DNA of 64,000 bases from Candidatus Omnitrophota bacterium. Its GTDB lineage: Bacteria > Omnitrophota > Gorgyraeia > Gygaellales > Profunditerraquicolaceae. Below, one piece after another: positions 27,471-36,299 of the stretch. The notes under the pieces were generated by a model. It did no database searches, was not told the origin of the DNA, and worked only from the letters and a program-made list of their open reading frames with translations. The stretch covers positions 5,257-69,256 of the forward strand of contig WOZK01000010.1 of the NCBI GenBank assembly GCA_011620275.1, in the 5' to 3' direction. Every line of letters starts with the position of its first letter. Within the stretch, counting starts at the first letter, position 1. The position numbers and the translations under genes are program-made.

Positions 27471-28571
27471 ATGCTAAGATTATTCCGTTGTTTTCTTATT
27501 CTGCAAATCGTTTTTTCTCCGGCGTCTTCCTCCGCGTCTGATCTGCCGCGCCGCGGCCTTTTCGTTTCGGTAATCCAGGATCCGCCTGTGCTCTCAAGCC
27601 GGGCGGATATGGAAAGGCTGCTGGACTTTGCGGTGAAAGCGCGCATAAACATTCTTTTCGTGCAGGTTTATCGGGCAGGCCTGGCGTGGTTTCCTTCCCG
27701 CTGTGCCGATGCGTCTCCTTATTATGAATGTCTGGATAAAACCGGAGTCGATCCGCTCGCGTTCCTCATAGAAGAGGCGCACAAAAGAGGGATAGAGGTG
27801 CACGCATGGATGAATATGCTCAGCCTTAGCCGTAACGAAAATGCGTTTCTTCTTCGTAAATACGGAACTGGCGTGCTGACCAGGAACACTCTGCCCAAGA
27901 AGGGCCTGCGCGACTACCGGATAGACGGCCAGTATTTTCTGGAACCGGGCGACCCTCGGGTGCGCGAAGAACTTTGCGATATCGTGGAAGAAGCGGCGTG
28001 TTATTATCCGGCACTGGACGGCATACAACTTGATTACATACGTTATCCCGATTCCATGCCTTTCTACGGGCATACGCCGGACAACGAGGCGCGCTTCAAG
28101 AAAGAAACCGGGATAGAGAGGATAACGGAAGATAACAGGCAGTGGCGCGGCTGGAAACGCGCCCAGGTAACAGACCTGCTGGATCTCCTCGTCAAGAGGA
28201 TTCGTTCAGTCCGGCCTGGGATCAAGGTCTCAGCCACCGGCTGTGTACCTTACTGCCGCGCCTACGAAGAGGCGTTTCAGGATTGGCCTTCCTGGTTATC
28301 CCGCGGGACGGTGGATTTCGTGACCCTGATGGATTATTCTCCTTATCCGCGGGAATTCAGGAAGTGCATTCTTGAACTGCAGGATAAATTCTCTTCCTGG
28401 GATAAGGTCACTATCGGTATAGGCGCTTATAAGCTGGTCGGTCTGCCGTTGACTTTTAGCGAAGAACTGGATTATTGCCGCCGGGAGAGAGGATTGTCGT
28501 ATGCTGTTTTTCATTACGGCAGCCTGCTGGAAGACCCGGCGATTGCCGGGTCGCTGGCCGCAGAGCATTAA
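27471..28571 (+). CDS. Glycoside-hydrolase-like family 10 (GHL10/DUF187, YngK-like) secreted or lipoprotein
   Basis: Signal peptide MLRLFRCFLILQIVFSPASSSAS, then ...ARINILFVQVYRAG...RGIEVHAWMNM..., characteristic of the GHL10 TIM-barrel family. The upstream part of the tracked ORF from 27375 overlaps the preceding gene and a dispersed repeat. Confidence 0.6.
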   Translation: MLRLFRCFLILQIVFSPASSSASDLPRRGLFVSVIQDPPVLSSRADMERLLDFAVKARINILFVQVYRAGLAWFPSRCADASPYYECLDKTGVDPLAFLIEEAHKRGIEVHAWMNMLSLSRNENAFLLRKYGTGVLTRNTLPKKGLRDYRIDGQYFLEPGDPRVREELCDIVEEAACYYPALDGIQLDYIRYPDSMPFYGHTPDNEARFKKETGIERITEDNRQWRGWKRAQVTDLLDLLVKRIRSVRPGIKVSATGCVPYCRAYEEAFQDWPSWLSRGTVDFVTLMDYSPYPREFRKCILELQDKFSSWDKVTIGIGAYKLVGLPLTFSEELDYCRRERGLSYAVFHYGSLLEDPAIAGSLAAEH

Positions 28572-28584
28572 GCGGAAATACCAT

Positions 28585-28613
28585 TTGACAAGTCTTCCGG
28601 GAACGGTATAATA
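28585..28613 (+). promoter_or_regulatory. Consensus sigma70 promoter (TTGACA, 17 nt, TATAAT)
   Basis: TTGACA at 28585-28590, 17-nt spacer AGTCTTCCGGGAACGGT, TATAAT at 28608-28613. It sits 180 nt upstream of the cold-shock gene. Confidence 0.6.
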
Positions 28614-28644
28614 ACAATGTGGATATTCATGGTGGAGTTTGAAT

Positions 28645-28688
28645 CCGGCAGGTCTCAACCATAGCGCCTGCCGGATTTTATTTTTTTA
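28645..28688 (+). terminator. Intrinsic-terminator-like hairpin plus T-tract: either the terminator of the GHL10 gene or an attenuator in the csp leader
   Basis: CCGGCAGG-(14-nt loop)-CCTGCCGG followed by ATTTTATTTTTTT. Located 30 nt downstream of the consensus promoter's -10 box. Confidence 0.6.
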
Positions 28689-28793
28689 CAGGGCGCGTAA
28701 TCAAAAAGAAAGGGGGCAGCCGGCCTCTGCAAAGAGTTCGCGGTACAAATGATAACATTGTGAGAAACGCAGCAGCTTTAATAAGGAGTATAC

Positions 28794-29006
28794 ATGCATA
28801 CAGGAAAAGTGAAGAAATTGGTGGCGGATAGAGGATTTGGTTTTATAAGCGACACCGACGGAAGAGAAGTGTTTTTTCATCAGTCCAGCCTGATAGACGC
28901 CAGATTCGATTCTCTAAGCGAGGGCCAGGACGTGGAGTTTGAAGTGGAGAAGTCTCCAAAAGGGCCCAGGGCTGTAAACGTTAAGATAGCGGCTAAACAG
29001 GAATAA
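28794..29006 (+). CDS. Cold-shock protein (CspA family)
   Basis: MHTGKVKKLVADRGFGFISDTDGREVFFHQSSL...VEFEVE...GPRAVNV, with the RNP1 (GFGFI) and RNP2 (VFFH) motifs. Confidence 0.93.
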   Translation: MHTGKVKKLVADRGFGFISDTDGREVFFHQSSLIDARFDSLSEGQDVEFEVEKSPKGPRAVNVKIAAKQE

Positions 29007-29157
29007 CGGCGGCGGTTTAACAAGGGGGGCGCGTCAAACCAGCGTGTATACGGCCGCCAGGGAAGGATCAATATCTTTATCCCTCCCGGCGTGACAAGAT
29101 TAGCGAATAAGGAGCCGTAAAGGGGCAGTTCACTAACCTTTACGGCTTTTTGTCATT

Positions 29158-30240
29158 ATGGACAGAGATTTCTCAAATTTCATGCTCGGCAATCTAAACG
29201 TAGAGATACCCATTATCCAGGGCGGGATGGGGGTGCGGGTTTCTTCTTTTGGATTGGCCTCCGCGGTTTCTAATGAGGGCGGATTGGGCGTTATCGCGGC
29301 CGTCGGCCTCGGCGAAGACGAGACCGGCGCCGGATGCGATTACAAGACCCGTTCCCGCAATTCCCTGATAGACAACATCAGAAAAACCCGCTCATTGACC
29401 GGGAACCCTTTCGGCGTGAACATAATGTGCGCTCTCAGCAATTATGATGATCTGGTCGACGCTTCCCAATCGGAAGAGGTGGATGTTATAATTTCCGGGG
29501 CCGGACTGCCGTTGAAACTGCCTGCTTTGATAAAGAACGGCAGGACCAAACTTGTGCCTATCGTGTCTTCGGCGAGGGCCGCGCATTTGATTTGCAGCGT
29601 GTGGCAGCGGAGGTATAACCGGATTCCGGACGCTTTGATCGTGGAAGGTCCGCTGGCCGGAGGTCATCTCGGATTCAGCAATGAGGAGTTGGCGGACGGG
29701 GACAATGTCCACCTAGACGGCATACTCAGCGAAGTGATCTCTATCTCTTCCGGCTTCTCCGGGTCCGAAAAGCAGATACCGGTGATAGCAGCCGGCGGTA
29801 TCTTTGACGGAGAGGATATTTCCAGGGTCATACGCCTGGGCGCCGGAGCAGTGCAGATGGCCACCAGATTCGTGTGCACCCATGAGTGCGATGCGGATTA
29901 CGGGTATAAAGCGGCGTATTTATCGGCAGGGAGGGAAGATATCACGGTCATTCGAAGTCCTGTCGGCCTGCCAGGCAGGGTTATACGCAATCAATTCGTG
30001 GAGAGAATAAACAGGGGAGAACGTGTCGATTTCGGCTGCGCTTATAAATGTCTTTCTACTTGTGACCCGGAAAAAGCCAATTATTGTATCGCCAAGGCGT
30101 TGATTAACGCCTCCAAAGGCAGGATGGATAACGGATTCGCGATGTGCGGGAGCAACGCTTACCGCATAAATAAGATCGTATCCGTCAAGGAATTGTTCCG
30201 TGAATTAGTGGAAGGGGCGCGTAAATGTTTAAGAAAGTAA
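29158..30240 (+). CDS. Nitronate monooxygenase / enoyl-ACP reductase II (FabK)-like FMN TIM-barrel enzyme
   Basis: ...PIIQGGMGVRVSSFGLASAVSNEGGLGVIA... is the NMO/FabK family signature. Confidence 0.8.
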   Translation: MDRDFSNFMLGNLNVEIPIIQGGMGVRVSSFGLASAVSNEGGLGVIAAVGLGEDETGAGCDYKTRSRNSLIDNIRKTRSLTGNPFGVNIMCALSNYDDLVDASQSEEVDVIISGAGLPLKLPALIKNGRTKLVPIVSSARAAHLICSVWQRRYNRIPDALIVEGPLAGGHLGFSNEELADGDNVHLDGILSEVISISSGFSGSEKQIPVIAAGGIFDGEDISRVIRLGAGAVQMATRFVCTHECDADYGYKAAYLSAGREDITVIRSPVGLPGRVIRNQFVERINRGERVDFGCAYKCLSTCDPEKANYCIAKALINASKGRMDNGFAMCGSNAYRINKIVSVKELFRELVEGARKCLRK

Positions 30241-30392
30241 AAAGCTATCCCAAAGGCCGGAAATGCCGTTTCCCTGCCTGCGGCAAGATCCTGAGTATAT
30301 ATAATCAGGGAGAATATTGCCACGTGCACCAGGGATACGTCGACAACGCCGCCTTTAAAAAAACCGGGAAGATCCGTTCCGGCCGCAAATAG
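30225..30392 (+). CDS. Possible small zinc-ribbon protein (55 aa), unannotated in the ORF track
   Basis: ATG 30225 is preceded by GAAGGGG, 7 nt upstream. It encodes MFKKVKSYPKGRKCRFPACGKILSIYNQGEYCHVHQGYVDNAAFKKTGKIRSGRK (CxxxxC...CxHxH). Overlaps the last 16 nt of the upstream gene. Confidence 0.3.
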   Translation: MFKKVKSYPKGRKCRFPACGKILSIYNQGEYCHVHQGYVDNAAFKKTGKIRSGRK

Positions 30393-30735
30393 ACGATTTA
30401 CGATACCTCACAAGAAGGAAGCCGGATCGTGAGCCTTCCGCTCCGGCATTCTTGTCCAATATCACGTTATCTCTGACGTCGATTCGGTTACCAAACCTTC
30501 CTGAGTTTTAATTGTATATATAAGGCTTATGGACGGATGTGCCGCGCGCTGTCCGGTAAAAGAGTGCGGTTTCCCAAAGCGAATACTAAGTGGCTTAATC
30601 TCACCCGCGGCATAAAGGGCGTGTTTCTCTATCCGCGGATGCATAAGTTCTCGTCTGAAAGACAGTCGGGAGAAATGCTTTTATATGTTGACCGCTTCGC
30701 GGCCGGCTGAGCGGCGGGGCGGTAACGGTAGAGCG

Positions 30736-31425
30736 ATGATATTGGTCATTAAGCACATAGATGTAGAAGGTCCCGGGACCCTCGGCGATTTTTTTGCCGC
30801 AGGCGGCATGGATGTTCTCCAGGCGGATGTCTATTCCGGCGCGCCTCTTCCGCGCGGCCTTCGTGGTATCGACGCCGTCGTCTCTCTGGGTGGCCCGATG
30901 AACGTTTATGAAGATAAGAAATACCCTTTTCTCCTGGAAGAAGAGAGGATACTAAAACAAGCGGTGGAGAATGGGTTGTCTGTGCTGGGGATATGCATGG
31001 GGGCGTAGTTGCTCGCTAAGTCCTGCGGCGCGGAAGTCTCGAAGTCGCCGATAAGAGAGATCGGCTGGCGCAGGGTAACGCTTACCGCTGAGGGTAGGCG
31101 CGACCGTTTGTTTTCCGGCATTCCGGAGCGTCCGGAGGTTTTTGAATGGCATGAGGATACCTTCGGGATTCCCGAAGGCGGGGCCCTGCTGGCTCGGGGG
31201 GAGGACTGCAGGAACCGGGCATTTAGAGTGGGACGTAACGCCTACGGCCTGCAGTTTCACGTCGAGGTAACTCCAGTTATGATACACGGCTGGATCGGGC
31301 GTTATGCCGGCGCCGGATGCCCGGATACGGCGGAAATAACCGGGAGGCAGTGCGGCAAGGACAGCGGTTTCTACCGGATGGCGCAAAAGATATACGCCAA
31401 TTTCGCGAATATCATCAAGGATTAA
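30736..31425 (+). pseudogene. Class I glutamine amidotransferase (GATase1) interrupted by an in-frame TAG at 31006..31008, replacing the conserved Gln after the catalytic Cys
   Basis: ...LSVLGICMGA(TAG)LLAKSCGAEV...: the GxCxGxQ nucleophile-elbow motif reads TAG where CAG is expected. The downstream frame continues as a GATase1 (His/Glu region ...GLQFHVEV...). Confidence 0.6.
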
Positions 31426-31487
31426 CATCTTGTCTTTCCCCGTGAGATATGTAAAATAATAAAATAAAGGGGATTATTCTTGATTCG

Positions 31488-31530
31488 ATAAGAGCCCGGT
31501 ACAATCCCGGTTCTTATTATCTGCTTTTTT
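31488..31530 (+). terminator. Candidate intrinsic terminator after the GATase gene
   Basis: ATAAGAGCCCGG-TACAATC-CCGGTTCTTAT imperfect stem, then ...CTGCTTTTTT. Confidence 0.35.
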
Positions 31531-31622
31531 CGTCCTTACTCCTTTATTTTTATTTAAGGCCATGACATAGCCTGTCCGCAGGCACCCAGGCCGGTTATTC
31601 GTTCCACCCAAGACCGGAAGAG

Positions 31623-32738
31623 GTGTCTGTGCTCGTCAATCTGCAATTCGAACGCCGCCCGTTTTTATTCGATTCTCCTGTTTCTCTTATCACCGCATAT
31701 ACTCCGGAAGGACTGCGTGGTTGTTTTCGCGGTATGGAGGAAGCGACGCGCGCCGGATATCATCTCGCCGGGTTTCTCTCTTACGAGGCGGGGTATTGTC
31801 TCGAGGAAGGCTTCTCTTATCCCGGTAAAAGCGATTTCCCGCTTATTCTGATGGGTGTTTACCGTCCGCCGCGCCGTATGATTTATCGGGAACACGGCCG
31901 TTCCGATTTCTCGGTCAAACACCGAAGAATGGATACAGAAAAAGAAAAATATTCGGCCAATATTTCTTTAATTAGGGATTTCATTTCCGCGGGAGAGATA
32001 TATCAGCTTACTTACTGTAATAAGCTTTTTTTTGACTTCTCCGGCAGCGCGTCCGCCCTCTACGCCCTACTTTTGAAAAAACAGCCCGTGCCTTACCCTG
32101 CGTATCTCCGCTGGCAGGACACGCACATCTGTTCGCTCTCCCCGGAGTTGTTCTTCAGAAAAAGCAGCGGTTTCATTCTTGCCAAGCCGATGAAAGGAAC
32201 ATGGCGCAGAGGCAGGGGGCTGTTGGCTGACCTGCGTGAATACCGCAGGTTCCGCGTCGATCACAAGAACAGGGCGGAGAACGTGATGATCGCCGACCTG
32301 CTACGCAACGATCTGGGCAGGATAGGAAGCCGCGTCAGGACGCCGGGATTGTTCGAGATCGGAGCCTATTCCACTCTTTTCCAGATGACTTCTACCGTGA
32401 CCGCCGTGATACCGGAGGATATCCCTTTTTATGAGATATTCCGCGCGCTTTTTCCCTCCGGTTCTGTGACCGGCGCCCCGAAACTGCGCGCCATGCGGAT
32501 CATCCGTGATATCGAGAACGGGCCGCGCAATATCTACACAGGCGCCATAGGCTGTATCACTCCCGGAAGGGAGATGTTTTTCAACGTCCCCATCCGCACC
32601 CTGCTTATACGCGGCGGACACGGGGAGATGGGCATAGGCGGGGGGATAGTTTGGGATTCCACCTCCGAGGGGGAGTGGGAGGAAAGCATGCTGAAGGCTG
32701 AGTTTTTTACCGCCGGAGCGGCAGACTTTGAAAAATAA
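31623..32738 (+). CDS. Chorismate-binding enzyme, aminodeoxychorismate/anthranilate synthase component I-like (PabB/TrpE family)
   Basis: ...LSPELFF...KGT..R......D...LL.D.K...EN.MI.DL.RND......G..K.RAM.II...E...R..Y.G.IG... blocks of the chorismate-binding fold. Confidence 0.75.
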   Translation: MSVLVNLQFERRPFLFDSPVSLITAYTPEGLRGCFRGMEEATRAGYHLAGFLSYEAGYCLEEGFSYPGKSDFPLILMGVYRPPRRMIYREHGRSDFSVKHRRMDTEKEKYSANISLIRDFISAGEIYQLTYCNKLFFDFSGSASALYALLLKKQPVPYPAYLRWQDTHICSLSPELFFRKSSGFILAKPMKGTWRRGRGLLADLREYRRFRVDHKNRAENVMIADLLRNDLGRIGSRVRTPGLFEIGAYSTLFQMTSTVTAVIPEDIPFYEIFRALFPSGSVTGAPKLRAMRIIRDIENGPRNIYTGAIGCITPGREMFFNVPIRTLLIRGGHGEMGIGGGIVWDSTSEGEWEESMLKAEFFTAGAADFEK

Positions 32739-32823
32739 CGGTTAGATTTTCGTTTTACCCTTCGTCTATTAATATGGGAGAACGCCTAAGTGATCCGATT
32801 CCGGAAAGACAGAGGAGGGGGAT

Positions 32824-33519
32824 ATGGAAAAAAAGAGAGTTGCTCTGAACGACCTGGAGCGCGTGCAGCGTCCGCGGGAGAAGCTCGCGCGTTACGGGCA
32901 GGGACGCCTGTCCGACACTGAACTGCTGGCGGTGCTCCTGCGCACCGGCAGTAGAAAGGAGAACGTGCTGGAATTGGCGGGGCGGTTGTTGAAAAGCGGA
33001 GGCCTGTCGGGGATAGCGCAATTTAACCTTGAGCAACTGCGGAAGATACCCGGCGTCGGACAGGTCAAAGCCGGGGGCATACTCGCGGCCCTGGAAATCG
33101 GCAGACGCGTTTTCGGCGGACAAAAGACGGAATTGAAACAGATGCTTTCTCCCGAGGACGTCTTCGAGAGCCTGAAAGACATAAGGGAGAGCAGGAAAGA
33201 GCATTTTGTCGTTTTCTACCTTGATTCCCGCAACCAGCAGATACGCCGGGAAGTTGTATCTATGGGGACCATCAATTCAAGCCTGGTGCATCCGCGGGAG
33301 GTCTTCGAAGGGGCTGTGAAATATCTGGCGACCAACGTAATCGTGGCGCATAATCATCCTTCCGGGGAACTGAGGGCTTCGGAAAAAGACATCGCCGTTA
33401 CCAGACGCCTGCGTGATTCCGGCATCCTGCTGGGCATAGAACTGTTGGACCATATTATCGTCAGCAAAGGGGGATACCTGAGTTTGAGAGAGGCCAATGC
33501 CTGCGAGTTCACGGAATGA
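32824..33519 (+). CDS. radC: RadC-family JAB/MPN domain protein (UPF0758)
   Basis: N-terminal HhH-like region, and C-terminal HNHPSG...IVSKGGY JAMM motif. Confidence 0.9.
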   Translation: MEKKRVALNDLERVQRPREKLARYGQGRLSDTELLAVLLRTGSRKENVLELAGRLLKSGGLSGIAQFNLEQLRKIPGVGQVKAGGILAALEIGRRVFGGQKTELKQMLSPEDVFESLKDIRESRKEHFVVFYLDSRNQQIRREVVSMGTINSSLVHPREVFEGAVKYLATNVIVAHNHPSGELRASEKDIAVTRRLRDSGILLGIELLDHIIVSKGGYLSLREANACEFTE

Positions 33520-33619
33520 TAAGAGGGGGATTAGCATTTTTTTATCTTTCCTTTCTTCTTTCTGTATTTCTTGTTTCTTTTTCTGTTCCGCAGTATAATA
33601 ATCCTCATTCGGAGGGAAT

Positions 33620-35431
33620 ATGAAAATATTAAAGGTAGTTTTGCTGTCTTTGCTCGGTCTTACGCTGGCGTTGCTCGCGGCAGTCTTCGTATTTATTAAA
33701 ACGTTCGACGGCAGTCGCTATAAACCGCAAATTATCGGCGCGATCAAAAGCGTCATCGACCGCGACGTGGATTTCGCCAGGGCCGGATTGGACATTTCCT
33801 GGGGCCTGGATATCAGTTTCAAGATCAGCGACCTGGCGGTGTCGGAAAACAGGACTTTCGGAGGAGGAGATTTTCTGCATATCAAGGATATCTCCGTTTC
33901 TCTGGACATCCCGGCGTTTATTTTCAAGAAACAGTTGCTGGTTTCCGCGGTCAACATTATGGGGCCGCGGTTGACCATCATCCGGAATAAGGATGGGGCG
34001 GTCAACGCTGCCACTCTGGTAAAGCAACCGCCGCAGAACGCGGGAACGGATACCGGGGCAGATACTCCGGCGGTGGGAGCGGCACTGCCGCTTCCTTTAT
34101 CGGTTTCGGCGTTGAATATATACGACGGCACCATAGTTTACCTGGACAAGTCGTTCCAGCCGCCGTTGTCCGTGAGCGTGGATGGACTGGAATTTAAAGC
34201 CTCGGGGGTATCCTTGGGCGGGCCTTTTCCTTTTACGGTAAAGGCGGGCGTTTTGAGCAGCAGGAAAAATTTACGCCTGCAAGGTAAAGCTGCTTTCGAC
34301 CCGTCCAGGGGGGAAGTTTGTATTTCGGATACGGAAGGCAGAACCGATCTCTCCGAACTGGATATGCAAAGGGTAGCCGCGCTTTTGCCCGCGGATCTGC
34401 GGGCATTCCTGCCTGCCGGCCTAAAAGGTAAAGCCGATATAACTCTCTCCAGGATGACGGCCGGGGCGAAAGGTTTGAGCGCCCTGCAGATGGAACTCGG
34501 TTTAAACGATGGGGAAGCCGGGATCAAAGACCTTGTTCTTCCTCTTGAGAATATCTCCGCTTCGGTCAGCGTCACCGAATCCGATATTAAACTTAAAAGC
34601 TTTTCCACGGCCGCGGGAGGCGGCAGGATTACCGCTTCCGGAGGGCTCAACGATTACGCTGCCGGCCGGGTTTTTAATGTGAATGCCTCCATATCAGGAG
34701 TAAAATTGCAAAAATTCCTGGCGCAGGACAAGATGCCTCTGAAGACGGAGGGCGACGTAACGGGCAAGATAATTCTCGACGGCAAAGGATTCTCCCCGGA
34801 TGAAACGTTGTCCGGGCTCTCCGGAGAAGCAGACATCGTAGTGCAGCAGCCGGCGCTGAAGGATATAAACATCCTGCGCGCGGCGCTGGACAAGATCACG
34901 GTATTGCCTTTTCTGACTGATAGGGTGGTCGCCGCCATGCCGGACAAGTATCGCGAGCGGTTTAACAGCAAGGACACGATGTTGAAGAAAATAGAACTAC
35001 CGGTGAAGATCTCCGACGGCAAGGCCACGGCGGAAAATACCCTGGTAGCCGGGGAGGATTTCATTCTCGCCGGCAAGACCGAAGCCGGGATGGACGGTTC
35101 TTTCTCCCTGGAAGGGCAGCTGGAGATTTCCGAAGAGCTCTCGGCGCTGATGACCAAGGCGGTAAAAGAACTGGAATACTTTTTTAACAAGGATAAACAG
35201 ATCATTATTCCTTTGAAGCTATCCGGAAAAGCCGGTTCAGCGAAAGTGGAGATTGACTCCGGCTATATAGCCGACAGGCTCCTGTCCGGAGGAATCGGCA
35301 CCCAGTTGATTGGCGCCGTAGGTAAAACCCTGGATAGAGACGATGTCTCTTCCGGCGCAGACGGGGAAAAGAGCGGTTCTGTGACGGACCTGGTGAATAG
35401 CGTGATAGACAGCCTGTTGCATAAAAAATAA
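33620..35431 (+). CDS. AsmA-family protein (N-terminal anchor plus long periplasmic domain)
   Basis: MKILKVVLLSLLGLTLALLAAVFVFIKTFDGSRYKPQIIGAIKSVIDRDVDFARAGLDISWGLDISFKISDLAVSEN is a typical AsmA N-terminus. Confidence 0.55.
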   Translation: MKILKVVLLSLLGLTLALLAAVFVFIKTFDGSRYKPQIIGAIKSVIDRDVDFARAGLDISWGLDISFKISDLAVSENRTFGGGDFLHIKDISVSLDIPAFIFKKQLLVSAVNIMGPRLTIIRNKDGAVNAATLVKQPPQNAGTDTGADTPAVGAALPLPLSVSALNIYDGTIVYLDKSFQPPLSVSVDGLEFKASGVSLGGPFPFTVKAGVLSSRKNLRLQGKAAFDPSRGEVCISDTEGRTDLSELDMQRVAALLPADLRAFLPAGLKGKADITLSRMTAGAKGLSALQMELGLNDGEAGIKDLVLPLENISASVSVTESDIKLKSFSTAAGGGRITASGGLNDYAAGRVFNVNASISGVKLQKFLAQDKMPLKTEGDVTGKIILDGKGFSPDETLSGLSGEADIVVQQPALKDINILRAALDKITVLPFLTDRVVAAMPDKYRERFNSKDTMLKKIELPVKISDGKATAENTLVAGEDFILAGKTEAGMDGSFSLEGQLEISEELSALMTKAVKELEYFFNKDKQIIIPLKLSGKAGSAKVEIDSGYIADRLLSGGIGTQLIGAVGKTLDRDDVSSGADGEKSGSVTDLVNSVIDSLLHKK

Positions 35432-35539
35432 CGCGCGATAAGACTGGAACAGGTGTTCCGCGCGTTGGTCGACAGGCCTAACCGCCGGTATGTGTCAGAA
35501 AAGGGGTTATACTTCCGGATTAAGCCGTCAGGAACGGGA

Positions 35540-36070
35540 TCAAAAAGCGGTTTTGAATATGTAGTGTATTTGGTTGTCGTCGAATTTCGGTTTGCCTTTT
35601 ATTTTGTAAACGTGCACGCTGGCCTTTTCGCTGATCCATTCTTCGGCTTCCTTGGCTTTGAAATAAGGCATGAATACGTCTAACCCGAGGAACTCTTCCC
35701 ATTCTTTGCGGCTGCGCGACTTTTCTTCCTTTTCGTGCTGTTTTTTGTTTCTCACGGAAGTGTAGCTTTTGCCGTTAAGATACGCCAGGAAGACGCGTTC
35801 TTTCTTTTCTCTGGAGTAGACTACGGTCGTCCTGAAACTTACCGTCAGTTCCGGTCTCACGAGCAGTTCGGCGTTTGTATGTTGTCCGGAAGCGGTGAGG
35901 CTGGTATATCCGCCTATGATAGGCTGGGCGTACGCGTTCACTCCCGCCGTAATTGCCAGGAGAAAGACAGCCGCTGCGGCTGGGCAGAGCTTATACTTCA
36001 GCCGAGCTAAAACCGCGGCCTTAAATTCGTATTTCTTATCGGTGCAGAACATTTCCCCTCTTTCCGTCAC
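35540..36070 (-). CDS. Hypothetical exported protein (signal-peptide-like N-terminus)
   Basis: Clean 176-aa ORF on the minus strand in an otherwise ORF-poor interval. Hydrophobic N-terminal segment, Lys/Glu-rich C-terminus, no recognised domain. Confidence 0.4.
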   Translation of the reverse strand: MTERGEMFCTDKKYEFKAAVLARLKYKLCPAAAAVFLLAITAGVNAYAQPIIGGYTSLTASGQHTNAELLVRPELTVSFRTTVVYSREKKERVFLAYLNGKSYTSVRNKKQHEKEEKSRSRKEWEEFLGLDVFMPYFKAKEAEEWISEKASVHVYKIKGKPKFDDNQIHYIFKTAF

Positions 36071-36299
36071 TATGATTCGCGTTTTTTTTCTACCTATATA
36101 AAATATAACACAAACACGGCCTTTTTACCCGTAGACAGGCGAAATCGTCCTCGAAAGATTCCGGTCGCAACCTTCTGTCGGACAGGGTGTTGTGATCTCA
36201 TTTATCTGCCGAGGCCGGCGCATGCGTGTTGCGTAAATAATTATTTCCGTGAAGTCGGCAGGAGGTATAATAGAAACAGGCCCGGGGTATGGTTATCAA

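Noticed and set aside
28631-28660. tRNA-like T-loop (GGAGTTTGAATCCGGCAGG)
   Set aside because: No acceptor or D/anticodon arms can be built around it. It is part of the terminator hairpin. A scan of the rest of the window for GTTCRANYC T-loops found no tRNA candidates.
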